The notes beneath the pieces were generated by a model. That model had not been told where the DNA came from. It did no database searches and worked only from the letters and a program-made list of their open reading frames with translations. From Granulicella sp. (GTDB lineage: Bacteria > Acidobacteriota > Terriglobia > Terriglobales > Acidobacteriaceae), in assembly GCA_027339965.1 (NCBI GenBank), contig DAHWNL010000051.1:1-64000 (forward strand): 64,000 nt of DNA, written 5' to 3'. Both the position numbers and the translations under genes were made by a program. Shown here piece by piece: positions 8,538-20,325 of the stretch (position 1 is its first letter; each line of letters opens with the position of its first letter).

Positions 8538-9779
8538 TCAGCTTCTCCAATGCAGCTCCACGGGCCCGCACAGCGGATGGTCTCCCTCCCCGGTCAGGCG
8601 GCGCTGCTTCAAGGCGAAGTACCACTTGGCCGGCAGGTCGGCGTCATCGATCAGCATCAGGCCCGGGTGGAAGCGCAGTCCGCGGGCTTGTTCCACCATC
8701 GTCCGCTGGTCCTGAGCAACAAACTTCGCGCCGAAGTAGCGAGCGATAGGGGTCACCAGAGGCAGGTGATAGGCGATATTCCAGGCGGCGATCACATCAA
8801 TGCGGCAGGAGGTGGGCGTGACGGGAGTCACCGTGGTCAACGAGGCGAACCAGCGCTCGCGCCCCTTGGCGTTAACCGCCCGGATGGTCTCATAGCGGCG
8901 GTTAGGCAGCACAAAATCGATGGTGGTGACCGGCTTGCCGAGCAGCTTGTAGGGAGCGCTGTTGGACGATGGCGCGTGAGCGCTCATGCGAAAGCCAGCG
9001 TTCCGGCCGCCATGTTCGCGATCTTCGATGGGCTCGAACCGCTTGGTCTTCTCATGGATGCTGGCCGCTCTGCGCCACCACCAGGCGCGATGCACAAACG
9101 GCCCATGCGCCGGATCCATCAGGCCGATGATGCCGTGATCGACGTTGCAGGGAAGGTCCGCCTGCAGATGCGCCGCGCGGTAGCGAGAAGAGAACTTCGG
9201 CAGCTCCGGTATTGGCGGCAGGTTGCGCAAAGCCGCTTGCGGCTGAGAGACCGGCTCCGACCCCGGCTCCGACTTTGACTTCGAGTCTGGCTCGTAGTCT
9301 GGGCTGGGCATCCGTCCGACGCCGGCGGAAGGGACGTAGACCCAGGCGTAGCCGTCTCTTTCCACCACGGGAAAGGCGTTGGCGTAGATCTTCTGGGGAA
9401 CCAGGTGATCGAACCTGGTCAGCGAAGGGATCTCCTCGCAGCGTCCGCTGCAGGGCTCAAACCTCCAGCCGTGATACTTGCACTGCACGCTTTCTCCATC
9501 GAACCATCCGGCGGAGAGTGGAATGCCGCGATGCGGGCAGAGATCGCGCAGGGCGAACAAGGCTCCATCCTGCTTTCTGCCCAGCAGCATGGGAATGCCC
9601 AGCAGCATGGTTAAGGCGGTGCTGCCGGGACGAAGGCGGCCGGAGCGCAGCGCCGGATACCAATCCCCGAAGACCATCTCCGCGGGCGGGCCGGCGGCAG
9701 CGGGCGCGGCAAGGATCTCCGCCGGGCAATCGCGCTCTGGGCTCAGGATGGGCCTCATCCGTGCGTGCTGTTTCGCCAT
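8538..9779 (-). CDS. Rieske 2Fe-2S non-heme iron oxygenase, alpha subunit
   Basis: CPHRG..CKYHGW Rieske motif, DPAHGPFVH mononuclear Fe motif; start moved to Met56 to avoid overlap with the divergent gene. Confidence 0.88.
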   Translation of the reverse strand: MAKQHARMRPILSPERDCPAEILAAPAAAGPPAEMVFGDWYPALRSGRLRPGSTALTMLLGIPMLLGRKQDGALFALRDLCPHRGIPLSAGWFDGESVQCKYHGWRFEPCSGRCEEIPSLTRFDHLVPQKIYANAFPVVERDGYAWVYVPSAGVGRMPSPDYEPDSKSKSEPGSEPVSQPQAALRNLPPIPELPKFSSRYRAAHLQADLPCNVDHGIIGLMDPAHGPFVHRAWWWRRAASIHEKTKRFEPIEDREHGGRNAGFRMSAHAPSSNSAPYKLLGKPVTTIDFVLPNRRYETIRAVNAKGRERWFASLTTVTPVTPTSCRIDVIAAWNIAYHLPLVTPIARYFGAKFVAQDQRTMVEQARGLRFHPGLMLIDDADLPAKWYFALKQRRLTGEGDHPLCGPVELHWRS

Positions 9780-9853
9780 GGCTCTTTCCCTTTGTGGCCA
9801 GTTTAGCCGAGTTCGGCGCTCCTGCTGCCTCCCGGACGCATACACTTGTCCCA

Positions 9854-12043
9854 ATGCCTGCAGTGCGTCCATCCCAACCGCCTGTCCCCCGGGCGATGCG
9901 TCAAGCTCCCGCAGGGGAGACCTCTCCTGCGCCGCGCCGGACACGGAGCGTGCTTCTGCTGTGGCTGGTCTGGGTGGTGTTTTACGCCAGCTTCACCCTA
10001 TTGACCCCCGCGCTGCTGGACGACGCCGACAGCGTACACGCGGAGGTGGCCCGGGAGATGCTGCTGCGCCGCGATCCGGTCACGCTCTATGCCAACGGCA
10101 TCCGCTACCTGGAGAAGGCTCCGCTGCTTTACTGGTCGATGGCCGGCGCCATGCGGGTCTTCCAGTGGTGCGGGGCCGGCTCGGCCAAGGCTCTGACGGT
10201 GGCGGCGCGGATTCCGCTGTCCCTGACGGTGCTGGCCCTGGCCCTGCTGGCCGAGGACTTTGCGCGCCGTCTGTTCCGCTCCCGGGACCGTCCAAAGGCC
10301 GGTCCGCGGGCAGGCCTGTACGCCGGGCTGATACTGCTCTCCAGCTTTGGCCTGTTTCTGTTCACCCGCATCACCATTCCAGACGCCGGCGTCTGTCTGT
10401 TTACCACGCTGGCCATGTACTTCTTCTGGCGTACCGAGGAGCTGGCCGCAGCCCCAGCCACACAGCGTCAGGAGCCCCGGAGTCTGGGCAGGGTTCACCC
10501 CGGTTTGAGCTGGATTCGTTACGTCCCGGCCCATCACCCGGAGGGCCGACTGCGGCTCTACTGCGGAGGGTTCGCCCTCGCCTGCGCCCTGAACGTGCTC
10601 ACCAAGGGGCTGATCGGAGTGGTCTTCCCGGTGGCGACCGTGGTCTTGTATCTTCTGCTGACCCGCGGCGCCGGGGCGGCACTGCGCCGGCTGCGGGAGC
10701 TGCATCCATGGTCCAGCCTGGAGCTGTTTCTGCTGATCGCCGCGCCCTGGCACATCCTGGCCGGGCTGGCCAATCCCGGCGAAGGACATCCCGCGCCGTT
10801 TCGCTTCCGCTTTGCTTACCACTTTCCGTTTTCGCTGGGCCATTGGATCGTCCCGTTGCCCACCGACGGCAACGTGCGCGGATGGTTCTGGTTTTACTTC
10901 ATGAACGAGCATGTTCTGCGCTACCTGAACCTGCGCGTTCCGCACGACTATGACACCTCGCCGCTATGGCTGTTCTGGGGACTGTGCCTGATCTGGCTGA
11001 TGCCGTGGTCAGCGTTCCTGTTCAAGGCCACGGCCTGGGCCGCGCCGCTGCTGGGCAGCTCGGAACAGGCTGCGCAGTACCGCAACCGGCTGCGCAGCCA
11101 CCAGCTCCCCTTGAAGCGCCGCGGAGCCTTGCTGCTGCTGGTGTGGGCGGCGTTTGTGCTGCTCTTCTTTGCCTTCTCCACCCGCCAGGAGTACTACGTT
11201 CTGCCCGCGCTACCGGCGCTGGCGATACTGATCGCGGGCTGGCTGGCGCAACCCAGCGAGGCCATAGGAAGGGCGGCACAGCGCGCCACAGCCGTTCTGC
11301 TGGCTCTGGGCGGAGTGTTTGCCGCAGCCAGCCTGATTTTTCTGCTGCGGACCAAGCCGCCCACTCCGGGCGCCGACCTGGCTACGCTGCTCACCCAGCA
11401 CCCGGCGGACTACGCCCTGAGCATGGGCCATCTTCTGGACCTGGATCTGGCCGCGCTGAGCCTGTTCCGCCTGCCCCTGGCGCTGGCCGCGCTCAGCCTG
11501 GCGCTGGGGCCGTTGCTTTCATTGCTTCTGCGGTACCGCTCGCGCCCCCATGCAGCCACTCTGGCTCTGGCCGGCGGAGCCCTGGGATTCCTGCTGGCGG
11601 CGCACCTTGGCCTGCAGACCTTTGCCCCGGTGCTTACCTCCGCGCAGCTCGCTGAGGCCATCGCCCCGCAGGTGCGGCCCCAGGACCTGATCGTGATCCA
11701 CGGCGAATATGAGAGTGGAAGCACGCTGGGGTTCTATCTGCAGCGCCCCGGCAGCTATGCGGCTCCCGCTGGCTCCGTGGCGCCGGCCGGCAACTTCATC
11801 CACATTCTGGAAGGACGAAGCTCGAATCTCTGGTATGGAAGCTTCTTCCGCGACGCTCCGCCGATCTTCGAGACGCCGGCCTCGATCGCAGCCAAGTGGA
11901 ATGGGGCGCAGCGCATCTTCCTGTGGCAGTCCCTGACCGACCCTCCCAACCAACTCCCCCCGCTGCCCGGGCCGGTCTACGTGCTGGCCAGATCCGGCGG
12001 CAAGGAGATTGTGAGCAACAAGGGGCCAGGCTGGAGAGAGTAG
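9854..12043 (+). CDS. ArnT/PMT-family (GT-C) polytopic glycosyltransferase
   Basis: VAREML, YLEKAPLLYW, LTKGLIG, APWH, YYVLPALP; TACACT 7 nt before the ATG at 9854. Confidence 0.88.
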   Translation: MPAVRPSQPPVPRAMRQAPAGETSPAPRRTRSVLLLWLVWVVFYASFTLLTPALLDDADSVHAEVAREMLLRRDPVTLYANGIRYLEKAPLLYWSMAGAMRVFQWCGAGSAKALTVAARIPLSLTVLALALLAEDFARRLFRSRDRPKAGPRAGLYAGLILLSSFGLFLFTRITIPDAGVCLFTTLAMYFFWRTEELAAAPATQRQEPRSLGRVHPGLSWIRYVPAHHPEGRLRLYCGGFALACALNVLTKGLIGVVFPVATVVLYLLLTRGAGAALRRLRELHPWSSLELFLLIAAPWHILAGLANPGEGHPAPFRFRFAYHFPFSLGHWIVPLPTDGNVRGWFWFYFMNEHVLRYLNLRVPHDYDTSPLWLFWGLCLIWLMPWSAFLFKATAWAAPLLGSSEQAAQYRNRLRSHQLPLKRRGALLLLVWAAFVLLFFAFSTRQEYYVLPALPALAILIAGWLAQPSEAIGRAAQRATAVLLALGGVFAAASLIFLLRTKPPTPGADLATLLTQHPADYALSMGHLLDLDLAALSLFRLPLALAALSLALGPLLSLLLRYRSRPHAATLALAGGALGFLLAAHLGLQTFAPVLTSAQLAEAIAPQVRPQDLIVIHGEYESGSTLGFYLQRPGSYAAPAGSVAPAGNFIHILEGRSSNLWYGSFFRDAPPIFETPASIAAKWNGAQRIFLWQSLTDPPNQLPPLPGPVYVLARSGGKEIVSNKGPGWRE

Positions 12044-12136
12044 AAGGCGCAAAGGCAGAGCGGCGATTCGAGTTGAGGCCTCCGCCTCACCCTTCAGGCG
12101 GGATCTTCTCAAGTTGGCTTTTTCTCAGCCCGTTTT

Positions 12137-13354
12137 TCAGCTTGACTCATGCTGAGGTGACTCTTGCCGGCCTTCGACCCCCAGTCTCTCCAGCCGTCCG
12201 CGGCGCAGCCGGAACCTTTCGCCGCGCCAGACGACGGTGTCCGAGGCAAAGCTCCAAAACCAGAAGAAGAGGCCGCAGCAGTCGCGCAGAGGAAGCCAGA
12301 TGAGGTCGCGCAGCACCTGACCATCGCCGAGAATGCCCACCCCAACGGTGAGCGCCACGCTGACGCGCACCAGCAGCGCCATGCTGAACAGCGTGAAGGA
12401 CCACAGGGCGAAGCCGCTGGCCAGCATGGCCGCCAAAGACCAGGGCAGGACGTAGGTGACAACCAGGCCCAGGTATCCCCAGCGGCGCGACTCGCGCACG
12501 GCGCGCGACCAGCGAAGCTGATGCTCGCAGAAGCCCCGCAGGGTATAGGCGGGCACGGTGGTCTCTACGATCTCCGCAACCAGCTCGACGCGGTACCCGG
12601 CCTGGCACAGCCGCGCGCCCAGCTCGTAGTCATCGGCGAGCTGGTCCACCAGGGCCTCAAAGCCGCCGATGCCGGCCAGCGCGGTGCGGGAGGTGGCCAG
12701 CGTGGACCCCAGGCCAAAGCGGATGGAGCCCTCCAGGCGGCGAGCCACCAGCACGCCAGGCAAAAAATCCGTCGAGATGCCGAGCGCCTCCAGGCGCGAC
12801 CACAGCGTGGCTCCAGCCCGGCCCCGATAGGGCACGGTGACCAGCCCAACACGCTGGTCGCGGAAGCCGGCCATCACGCGCTGCAAGTACTGGGGGGAAA
12901 CGTGGATATCGCTATCGTTGACGATGAGATGTTCAAAGCGCGCCTGGGGCAGCATCTGCGCCAGGTTGGAGAGCTTTCCATTGGCCCCCAGCCTCTGTTT
13001 GCACTCCACCACGCGGATGTTCGCAGACGGGTACTCCACGCGCAGGCGAGCGATCTCCGGCACGGCGGGATCCTGCAGCGAGCTGACCCCGAACAGCAGC
13101 TCAAACTCTCCGCCATACTCCTGCACGCAGTGGCTCGCCAGCCCGGCGTACATGCTGGGATCCACGCCCTTGAGTGGCTTCAGGATGCTGACACCGCAGA
13201 GAGTTTGCAGCCCTGGGTCCGAAGCGGGCACAGGCGCCACCGCGCCGTCGCGTTCAAAGCGGCGGGCGCTCCACAGGGCCAGCAGACCGTAAGCGACTCC
13301 ACAGAGCGCCAGCAACGCCACCACTCCCTGCACCAGCAGCCAAAGCAGATCCAT
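12137..13354 (-). CDS. hpnI: Hopanoid-associated glycosyltransferase (ceramide glucosyltransferase-like, HpnI)
   Basis: SILKPLKG, NGKLSNL, NDSDI, LADDY, HQLRW motifs of GT21/GT2. Confidence 0.8.
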   Translation of the reverse strand: MDLLWLLVQGVVALLALCGVAYGLLALWSARRFERDGAVAPVPASDPGLQTLCGVSILKPLKGVDPSMYAGLASHCVQEYGGEFELLFGVSSLQDPAVPEIARLRVEYPSANIRVVECKQRLGANGKLSNLAQMLPQARFEHLIVNDSDIHVSPQYLQRVMAGFRDQRVGLVTVPYRGRAGATLWSRLEALGISTDFLPGVLVARRLEGSIRFGLGSTLATSRTALAGIGGFEALVDQLADDYELGARLCQAGYRVELVAEIVETTVPAYTLRGFCEHQLRWSRAVRESRRWGYLGLVVTYVLPWSLAAMLASGFALWSFTLFSMALLVRVSVALTVGVGILGDGQVLRDLIWLPLRDCCGLFFWFWSFASDTVVWRGERFRLRRGRLERLGVEGRQESPQHESS

Positions 13355-13419
13355 GCCACCAGTGTAGAAGGAAGGCAGGGGAGCGCCGGTTGGGCTGCGG
13401 TGAACCCGGAGCGGCGGCG

Positions 13420-14688
13420 TCACTCGTAGCGTAGAGCCTCAATGGGATTGAGGTTGGCGGCCTTCCAGGCCGGATAGATGCCAAATAACAGGCCGATGGC
13501 GCAGGAGCAGAGGAAGGCAGCCAGCACCCAGAGAACACTTACCTGACAGGGGATGAAGACCTTGAGCGCCATGGCGAGTCCGGCGCCGAGGAAGATGCCG
13601 ATGACTCCGCCGACCGCGCAGAGCACAATCGCCTCCAGGGTGAACTGCAGAAGGATGGTCTGGCGGCTGGCGCCGATCGCTTTGCGCACGCCGATCTCGC
13701 GCGTTCGCTCCGTGACGCTGACCAGCATGATGTTCATCACGCCCACGCCACCCACCATGAGGCCCACTGTGCTCAGGCCGAACATGAGCAGAAACAGGCT
13801 GCCGGTGATCTGCTTCCACAGCCGGGTGAGAGCCTCCGGCGCGAAGATGGCGAAGTTGTCCGGCTGCTCATTGCGCACCTTGCGCCGCCGACGCAGCAGC
13901 TCCCGGATCTCATCGGTCACAAGTTGCTGATCCTTCTGGTTGTCGTACTTGGCGCTGATCCAGTAGTCCAGAATCTCCGGGTGGAGTTTTCTGAAGGTAG
14001 GTATGGTGAAGTACGCCGTGCTGTCATCCGGGTTCTTGCCGCCTCCAAAGATCGTCTTCTGCTTCTCGAAGACCCCGATCACCGTGAAGGTGCGGTCATC
14101 GATGACCACCTGCTTGCCAAGAGGGTCGATGGCTCCAAACAGGTCATCGGCAAGATCGTGGCCCAGCACGGTGACGTCGGCGGCGCGCTGCTGATCGATG
14201 GCGGTGAAGAAGCGGCCCTCGGACAGAGCTTTGTCATAGACGATGGCGTTGGAGGGGGTATCGCCTTCCAGGCTTACATTGTCCGCCTCATTGCGGCCGA
14301 ACTTGGCGATGACCGATCCGGTGCCGAACTGATAGTTGGTGTACTGCAGTGAGGCGGAAGCAGCCACCACATGGGGCAGTTGGGAGATCGCCACCATATC
14401 GTCGTAGGTGAGCTGCTTGCGAGCCAGCATCTCCGCAGTGGGCTGAACCCCGATGACGGGAAAGCGGTAGATCCACAGAACGTTGCTGCCAAACTGCGCC
14501 ACCCAGTCCCCTACGGAGGTGTTCAGCCCATTGATCACCGAGGAGATGGTGATGACCGTGAGCACGCCGATGACGATGCCCAGGATGGTCAGCCCGGAGC
14601 GCAGCTTGTTGGTGCGCAGGGTGTCCAGCGCCATCTTGACGGTCTCGCGTTGGTCCTTGGCTCTCATCGATACGTTGATACGTTGCAA
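13420..14688 (-). CDS. ABC transporter permease, MacB/FtsX family
   Basis: KLRSGLTILGIVIG, GGVGVMNIMLVSVTERTREIG, NPIEALRYE; start may be 14667. Confidence 0.93.
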   Translation of the reverse strand: MQRINVSMRAKDQRETVKMALDTLRTNKLRSGLTILGIVIGVLTVITISSVINGLNTSVGDWVAQFGSNVLWIYRFPVIGVQPTAEMLARKQLTYDDMVAISQLPHVVAASASLQYTNYQFGTGSVIAKFGRNEADNVSLEGDTPSNAIVYDKALSEGRFFTAIDQQRAADVTVLGHDLADDLFGAIDPLGKQVVIDDRTFTVIGVFEKQKTIFGGGKNPDDSTAYFTIPTFRKLHPEILDYWISAKYDNQKDQQLVTDEIRELLRRRRKVRNEQPDNFAIFAPEALTRLWKQITGSLFLLMFGLSTVGLMVGGVGVMNIMLVSVTERTREIGVRKAIGASRQTILLQFTLEAIVLCAVGGVIGIFLGAGLAMALKVFIPCQVSVLWVLAAFLCSCAIGLLFGIYPAWKAANLNPIEALRYE

Positions 14689-14721
14689 AAGTGGGCGCGG
14701 AGGCCATGCGTCGTCTCTCCA

Positions 14722-14847
14722 CGATTTCTTGTCTCAGCGATTTCTTGTCCCAGCGACTCCTTCGTCCCAGCGACTCCTTCGTTCCAGCGACTCCTTCGTC
14801 CCAGCGACTCCTTGTCCCAGCCTTCCGGGTCCCAGCCTTCCGGCCTC
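14722..14847. repeat. Graded 15-17-bp tandem repeat (VNTR), about 8 units
   Basis: CGATTTCTTGTCYCAG x2, CGACTCCTTCGTYCCAG x3, CGACTCCTTGTCCCAG, then CCTTCCGGGTCCCAG and a partial unit. Confidence 0.9.
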
Positions 14848-14851
14848 CCCC

Positions 14852-16078
<1,227 letters not shown>

Positions 16079-16220
16079 CCGAGGTTCACCGCGCCACTAG
16101 CCTTAAGTCTAGGGGATTTTTCCTGTTGCCGGGCAACTTCCAGGAATACGCAAACCCTGGCCGCGCGGTTCCTTGGAGACGCGGGAGCCGGCGCCGCAGG
16201 TGGGCTGCTAAACTTGAAGC

Positions 16221-16659
16221 TGTGCAGGCGGCCGGATGATCGCTGCCTTCGGCGGTTCGCCGTCCGGAGGGAGAGGAAAGTCCGAACTCCGCAGGGCAGT
16301 GTGCCGGATAACGTCCGGGACGGCGAGTTCAAGCTCGCTGGACGGCCAGTGCAACAGAAAGCAAACCGCCGCTCGAGGGCCCGCAAGGGTGGTCGAGCGG
16401 TAAGGGTGAAAGGGTGGGGTAAGAGCCCACCGCGCGGCTGGTAACAGCCGTGGCACGGTAAACCCCACACGGAGCAAGACCAAATAGGCAGGGAGTCCGC
16501 CCGCAAACACGAGTGCGGACGGCGCGCGGCGGCCCGTCACGCCCAGGATCGTGGAGCACGTTCCGAAACCTGCGGGTAGGTTGCTTGAGCCCCATCGCAA
16601 GATGTGGCCTAGAGGAATGATCATCTAAAACAGAATTCGGCTTACGGGCCGCCTGCACA
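16221..16659 (+). ncRNA. rnpB: RNase P RNA, bacterial class A
   Basis: GAGGAAAGTCC, AGTGCAACAGAAAG, GGTAAACCCC, ACAGAATTCGGCTTAC; P1 TGTGCAGGCGGCC/GGCCGCCTGCACA; TAAACT -10 at 16209. Confidence 0.97.
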
Positions 16660-17267
16660 AAGTTCTGAGGGCCGCGCGCCGGGACGGCGGCGCAGGTAAG
16701 GTGCGGCTGGATACGGCTGCGGATGGCCTCGGCGGCAGAGCGTGTCACGGCCGGACTGCACCTGTGCAGGCACCTGTCCAAGCAGTTTTGTGGACGCGAT
16801 CCTCCTCTTGCCGAAACCAGGAGCCCTGTTGGTTCGAACTCTGCGATTCGGCCCACCCCTTTTCGATGGACGAGACACGGAACAAGCTGAAGGCGCGCGG
16901 CCGGGGGCTGAAGCTCATCAAGGACTCCTTCCATCCTGGCGGTGAACTGGGCGGTGAACTGGGCGATAAACTGCGCGGTAAAATGGTGGAGACGAACATT
17001 GGCTCGCGCGATGTGGCCGCGCAAGTACGCAAGTATCTTTGACGTCGGCAACCAGCAAGCTGCTGTCAGCGAACAAGCGCGGCCGGGGTGGGCAATAGTA
17101 TCTCTGCGCCGCGCAAGGCCGCGGCGTTGATGGGGGGCTGGGGTCCTGTTGGGTATGCCAGGGCCTGTTCCTTCCACTGGGGTGGATGGCCTTCGTCATC
17201 GGAACCGGCTCTGGCGCCGATGATTTTATTTAACTGAGCAGCAAAGCTGCGTTTCGAGGTTTGCCGT

Positions 17268-19730
17268 ATGCGTATGAATTTTGCCGGACTCTCACTTGCA
17301 ATGGCCGTTCTTGTTCTTCCAGCCCGCAGCTTCACCCAAAGCGCTACCGTGGTTGATCCTTCCCAACGGGCCTGGCATGCATCCTGGGTTACCCATCCCA
17401 CCGCTCCACTGCGTGAGCCTCTCGTGCTGCACTTCCGGCGCTTCGTCACGTTTGCCTCAGCTCCAGCCAACTATATTGTCCGGGTCAGTGCCGACAACCG
17501 TTTTGTTCTTTACGTGAACGGACGGCGAGCCGGCGATGGCCCCGCCCGCGGCGATCTCAGCCACTGGCGCTATGAGAAGTTTGATCTTGCGTCCTATCTC
17601 CACAGCGGTAAAAATCTTGTCACAGCCACGGTTTGGAACTGGGGCATCTACGCGCCCATCGCGCAGATGAGCGATCGCACCGCATTCCTGCTTGAGAGCG
17701 AGGCCACCGGCGCCGAGGCAATCAGCACTCCCAAAGGCTGGCAGGTGCAAACCGAACCTTGCCATAGCGCTCTCAACCGCAACTCTGTCACCCAGCGCTC
17801 TTATATGGCCTCCGGCCCCGGTGAGCAGGTTGCCGCCGCACTGTGCGACTGGAATTGGAACACTCCGACAGATTCCAGCTCCAACTGGGTTTCCGTGGCC
17901 TCGCCGATGCGCGACAGCATCTATGGCAACGTCAATCATGCCCGCTCCGCTGACTCTAGCGGCGGAAACTCCTGGGGCCTCGTCCCTGACACCCTGCCGC
18001 ACATGGTCTACGAACCCACCAGCGCCGGCCGGGTTGTGCGCGTTGATTCCATCGCCGCCGAGCCACCCGGCGCAATGTCCTTTCCCACGCACCCCTTCAC
18101 CATCCCCGCCAACACGCATCTCCACATCCTGCTTGATCGCCGCACTCTCACCACCGCATATCCCATCCTCACCGTCTCTGGCGGCAAGGGTTCTGACATC
18201 TGGCTCACTTACGCGGAGGCCCTCTATGACAACAAAGATCGCAAAGGTGATCGCAATGCTCTCACCTACAGCGACGCAAATGGCGTGGAACATCCCCGCC
18301 AGGCACTCGGTCTGCGCGACGAATTCCTGCCCGACGGAGGCGCACACCGAACGTTTGAGTCATTATGGTGGCGCACATGGCGCTATCTCGACCTTGATAT
18401 CCGCACCGGCAGCGAGCCTCTGCAGCTCGATTCACTCGCTGCCGCCTTCACCGCGTATCCCTTCCAGGAGCGTGCCAATTTCCAGTCACCCGATCCTCAG
18501 CTAGCTAAAATATGGGAGATCAGCTGGCGCACCGCGCGTCTGGATGCCCACGAAACCTACATGGACACGCCCTATTACGAGCAGCTCCAGTACATAGGCG
18601 ACACCCGAATCCAGGCCCTGATCTCTTACGCCGTCACCGGGGACGATCGGCTTGCCCGCCAGGCGCTCCAGGCCTTCAACGACTCCCGCATCCCTGAGGG
18701 CATCACTCGCAGCCGCTACCCGAGTTCGCTGGGGCAGAACATTCCCACGTTCTCTCTGCTGTGGATCGGTATGCTGCACGACTACTGGATGTACCGTGCG
18801 GATCCAGAGCCCATTCGCAACTCGCTGGTTGGAACGCGCGCGGTTCTTGACTGGTTTGCCCTCTACCAGCAGCCCGACGGCCTGCTGCGCAGGCTGCCCT
18901 GGTGGAGCTTTATTGACTGGGTTCCCTCCGGCGCAATTCCCACGTATGGAGCGAACGGCGAGTCCTGTGTCACCTCGCTTCAATATCTTGGCGCCCTGCG
19001 CAACGCGGCTGACCTTGAAGCTGCATTCGGAGATCCCAACCTCGCCGCGCGCTACCGTACCCGTGCTTCTCACGTCAGCGCCGGAATTTACAGCAAGTGC
19101 TGGGTTCCATCGCGCGGTATGCTGGCGGATAACCCGGATAAGACGGTCTTCAGCCAGCAGTCCAACATTCTGGGTGTGCTCTATGACGCGATCCCCAAGG
19201 ATCAGCAGCATGCTGTTCTTGAAAGAGTGCTGGCCATCGAGCCGGGAACCACGCCAAACGGCGTTCTCAGCGCCTCCTACTACTTCCGTTTCTATCTGGC
19301 CCGCGCACTCGACCACGCTGGAATGGCTGATGATTACCTCGCTTCCATCAAGCCGTGGCGGCAGTTGCTCGCACTGCACTTCAGTACCTGGCCGGAAGCG
19401 CCGGGCGACACGCGTTCCGACTCGCACGCTTGGAGTGCTCATCCGATTTACGATCTGCTGACCCTGGTGGCGGGCATTGAACCAGCCAGTCCCGGGTTCA
19501 GGACGGTACGCATTGCTCCGCATCTCGGCTCGCTGCCTTCCCTCACGGCCAAATACCCGCATCCCGATGGGATGATCGAGGTGGACTACCATCGTCATGG
19601 CAAAGGTCTCGATGCCAAGATCACCCTGCCGGCCAAGCTGCGCGGCGTCTTTGTTTTCGGTGGGGAGACCTGGCCCCTCGTGTCCGGGGAGAATCACATT
19701 CACGCACCCGGACCAGACGCCGGTGAGTGA
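17268..19730 (+). CDS. Alpha-L-rhamnosidase-like glycoside hydrolase (GH78), secreted
   Basis: Signal peptide, VSADNRF, DTPYYEQLQYIGD, TWPE, RSDSHAWSAHP. Confidence 0.88.
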   Translation: MRMNFAGLSLAMAVLVLPARSFTQSATVVDPSQRAWHASWVTHPTAPLREPLVLHFRRFVTFASAPANYIVRVSADNRFVLYVNGRRAGDGPARGDLSHWRYEKFDLASYLHSGKNLVTATVWNWGIYAPIAQMSDRTAFLLESEATGAEAISTPKGWQVQTEPCHSALNRNSVTQRSYMASGPGEQVAAALCDWNWNTPTDSSSNWVSVASPMRDSIYGNVNHARSADSSGGNSWGLVPDTLPHMVYEPTSAGRVVRVDSIAAEPPGAMSFPTHPFTIPANTHLHILLDRRTLTTAYPILTVSGGKGSDIWLTYAEALYDNKDRKGDRNALTYSDANGVEHPRQALGLRDEFLPDGGAHRTFESLWWRTWRYLDLDIRTGSEPLQLDSLAAAFTAYPFQERANFQSPDPQLAKIWEISWRTARLDAHETYMDTPYYEQLQYIGDTRIQALISYAVTGDDRLARQALQAFNDSRIPEGITRSRYPSSLGQNIPTFSLLWIGMLHDYWMYRADPEPIRNSLVGTRAVLDWFALYQQPDGLLRRLPWWSFIDWVPSGAIPTYGANGESCVTSLQYLGALRNAADLEAAFGDPNLAARYRTRASHVSAGIYSKCWVPSRGMLADNPDKTVFSQQSNILGVLYDAIPKDQQHAVLERVLAIEPGTTPNGVLSASYYFRFYLARALDHAGMADDYLASIKPWRQLLALHFSTWPEAPGDTRSDSHAWSAHPIYDLLTLVAGIEPASPGFRTVRIAPHLGSLPSLTAKYPHPDGMIEVDYHRHGKGLDAKITLPAKLRGVFVFGGETWPLVSGENHIHAPGPDAGE

Positions 19731-20325
19731 GATGCAAATGCCGGCCGCGGGAGATCTGTGTTGGAGTGGATACGCCGGCGGCTGAGCGTCTTCCATCGCG
19801 GGCCGGTTTAGAATTCCCGAATCAGCAGTTCCATCGCTCGACGGCGATCTTGTCGCCGGCCGGGTCCTCCAGAGTCAATCGCATCGTGCTTCAGACACCC
19901 GAAGCCCCTCGTGAGCTCCAGCACCATGAGGGAAAGATGTGCCTTGACTGCTCGCGCGTCGCAGTCCATCGCTGCGAAGAGAAAGATGCCGGATGACCTT
20001 CCCCGCGTGGATGGGGCTTGGAAGGCCGTTGCAGCGGCGCAGGCGCCGCTTGGCCTGGCGCCGGAATTTCGCTTCGCAGGGTTTCGTGTTCCCTGAGCTC
20101 AAAGCCACTTCAAATCTACGCTCTTGCCACCAAGGCTCTGAGCGTTCTTCGACATGGCGCGCGTCGTTGTATCGCTTACGCCATCTGGAAACTCCGCTGG
20201 AATCTCAAGGGCTCCCTTCCAACGATGAGCTCCAATCAGGCGCAACAAGCGAGACAATCTCGCCTGCGAGCGGCCAAGGGCGCGCGACCACTGTAGCGGG
20301 AAAAGACGGACACCGTCCAGAAGCG

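Noticed and set aside
9510..9521. GGCGGAGAGTGG match to the tRNA-Ser 3' end (possible att site)
   Set aside because: Only 12 bp and inside the intact Rieske coding region; likely chance
9212..9853. Long N-terminal extensions in the ORF track (ArnT, also iscS, dnaB, aminotransferase, RND, APC permease)
   Set aside because: Low-complexity, often overlapping neighbours; SD or -10 signals and family motifs indicate later starts
14722..14847. CRISPR array
   Set aside because: Units are contiguous 15-17-bp repeats with no unique spacers and there are no cas genes; it is a VNTR
16701..17042. 113-aa ORF downstream of rnpB
   Set aside because: No recognisable motif or SD and partly built from tandem duplications; cannot be supported as a gene
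19740..20320. Possible pseudogene (minus-strand reading ending ELLIREF, faintly like a DNA methylase C-terminus)
   Set aside because: Similarity limited to a few residues, with no catalytic motifs; needs BLASTX
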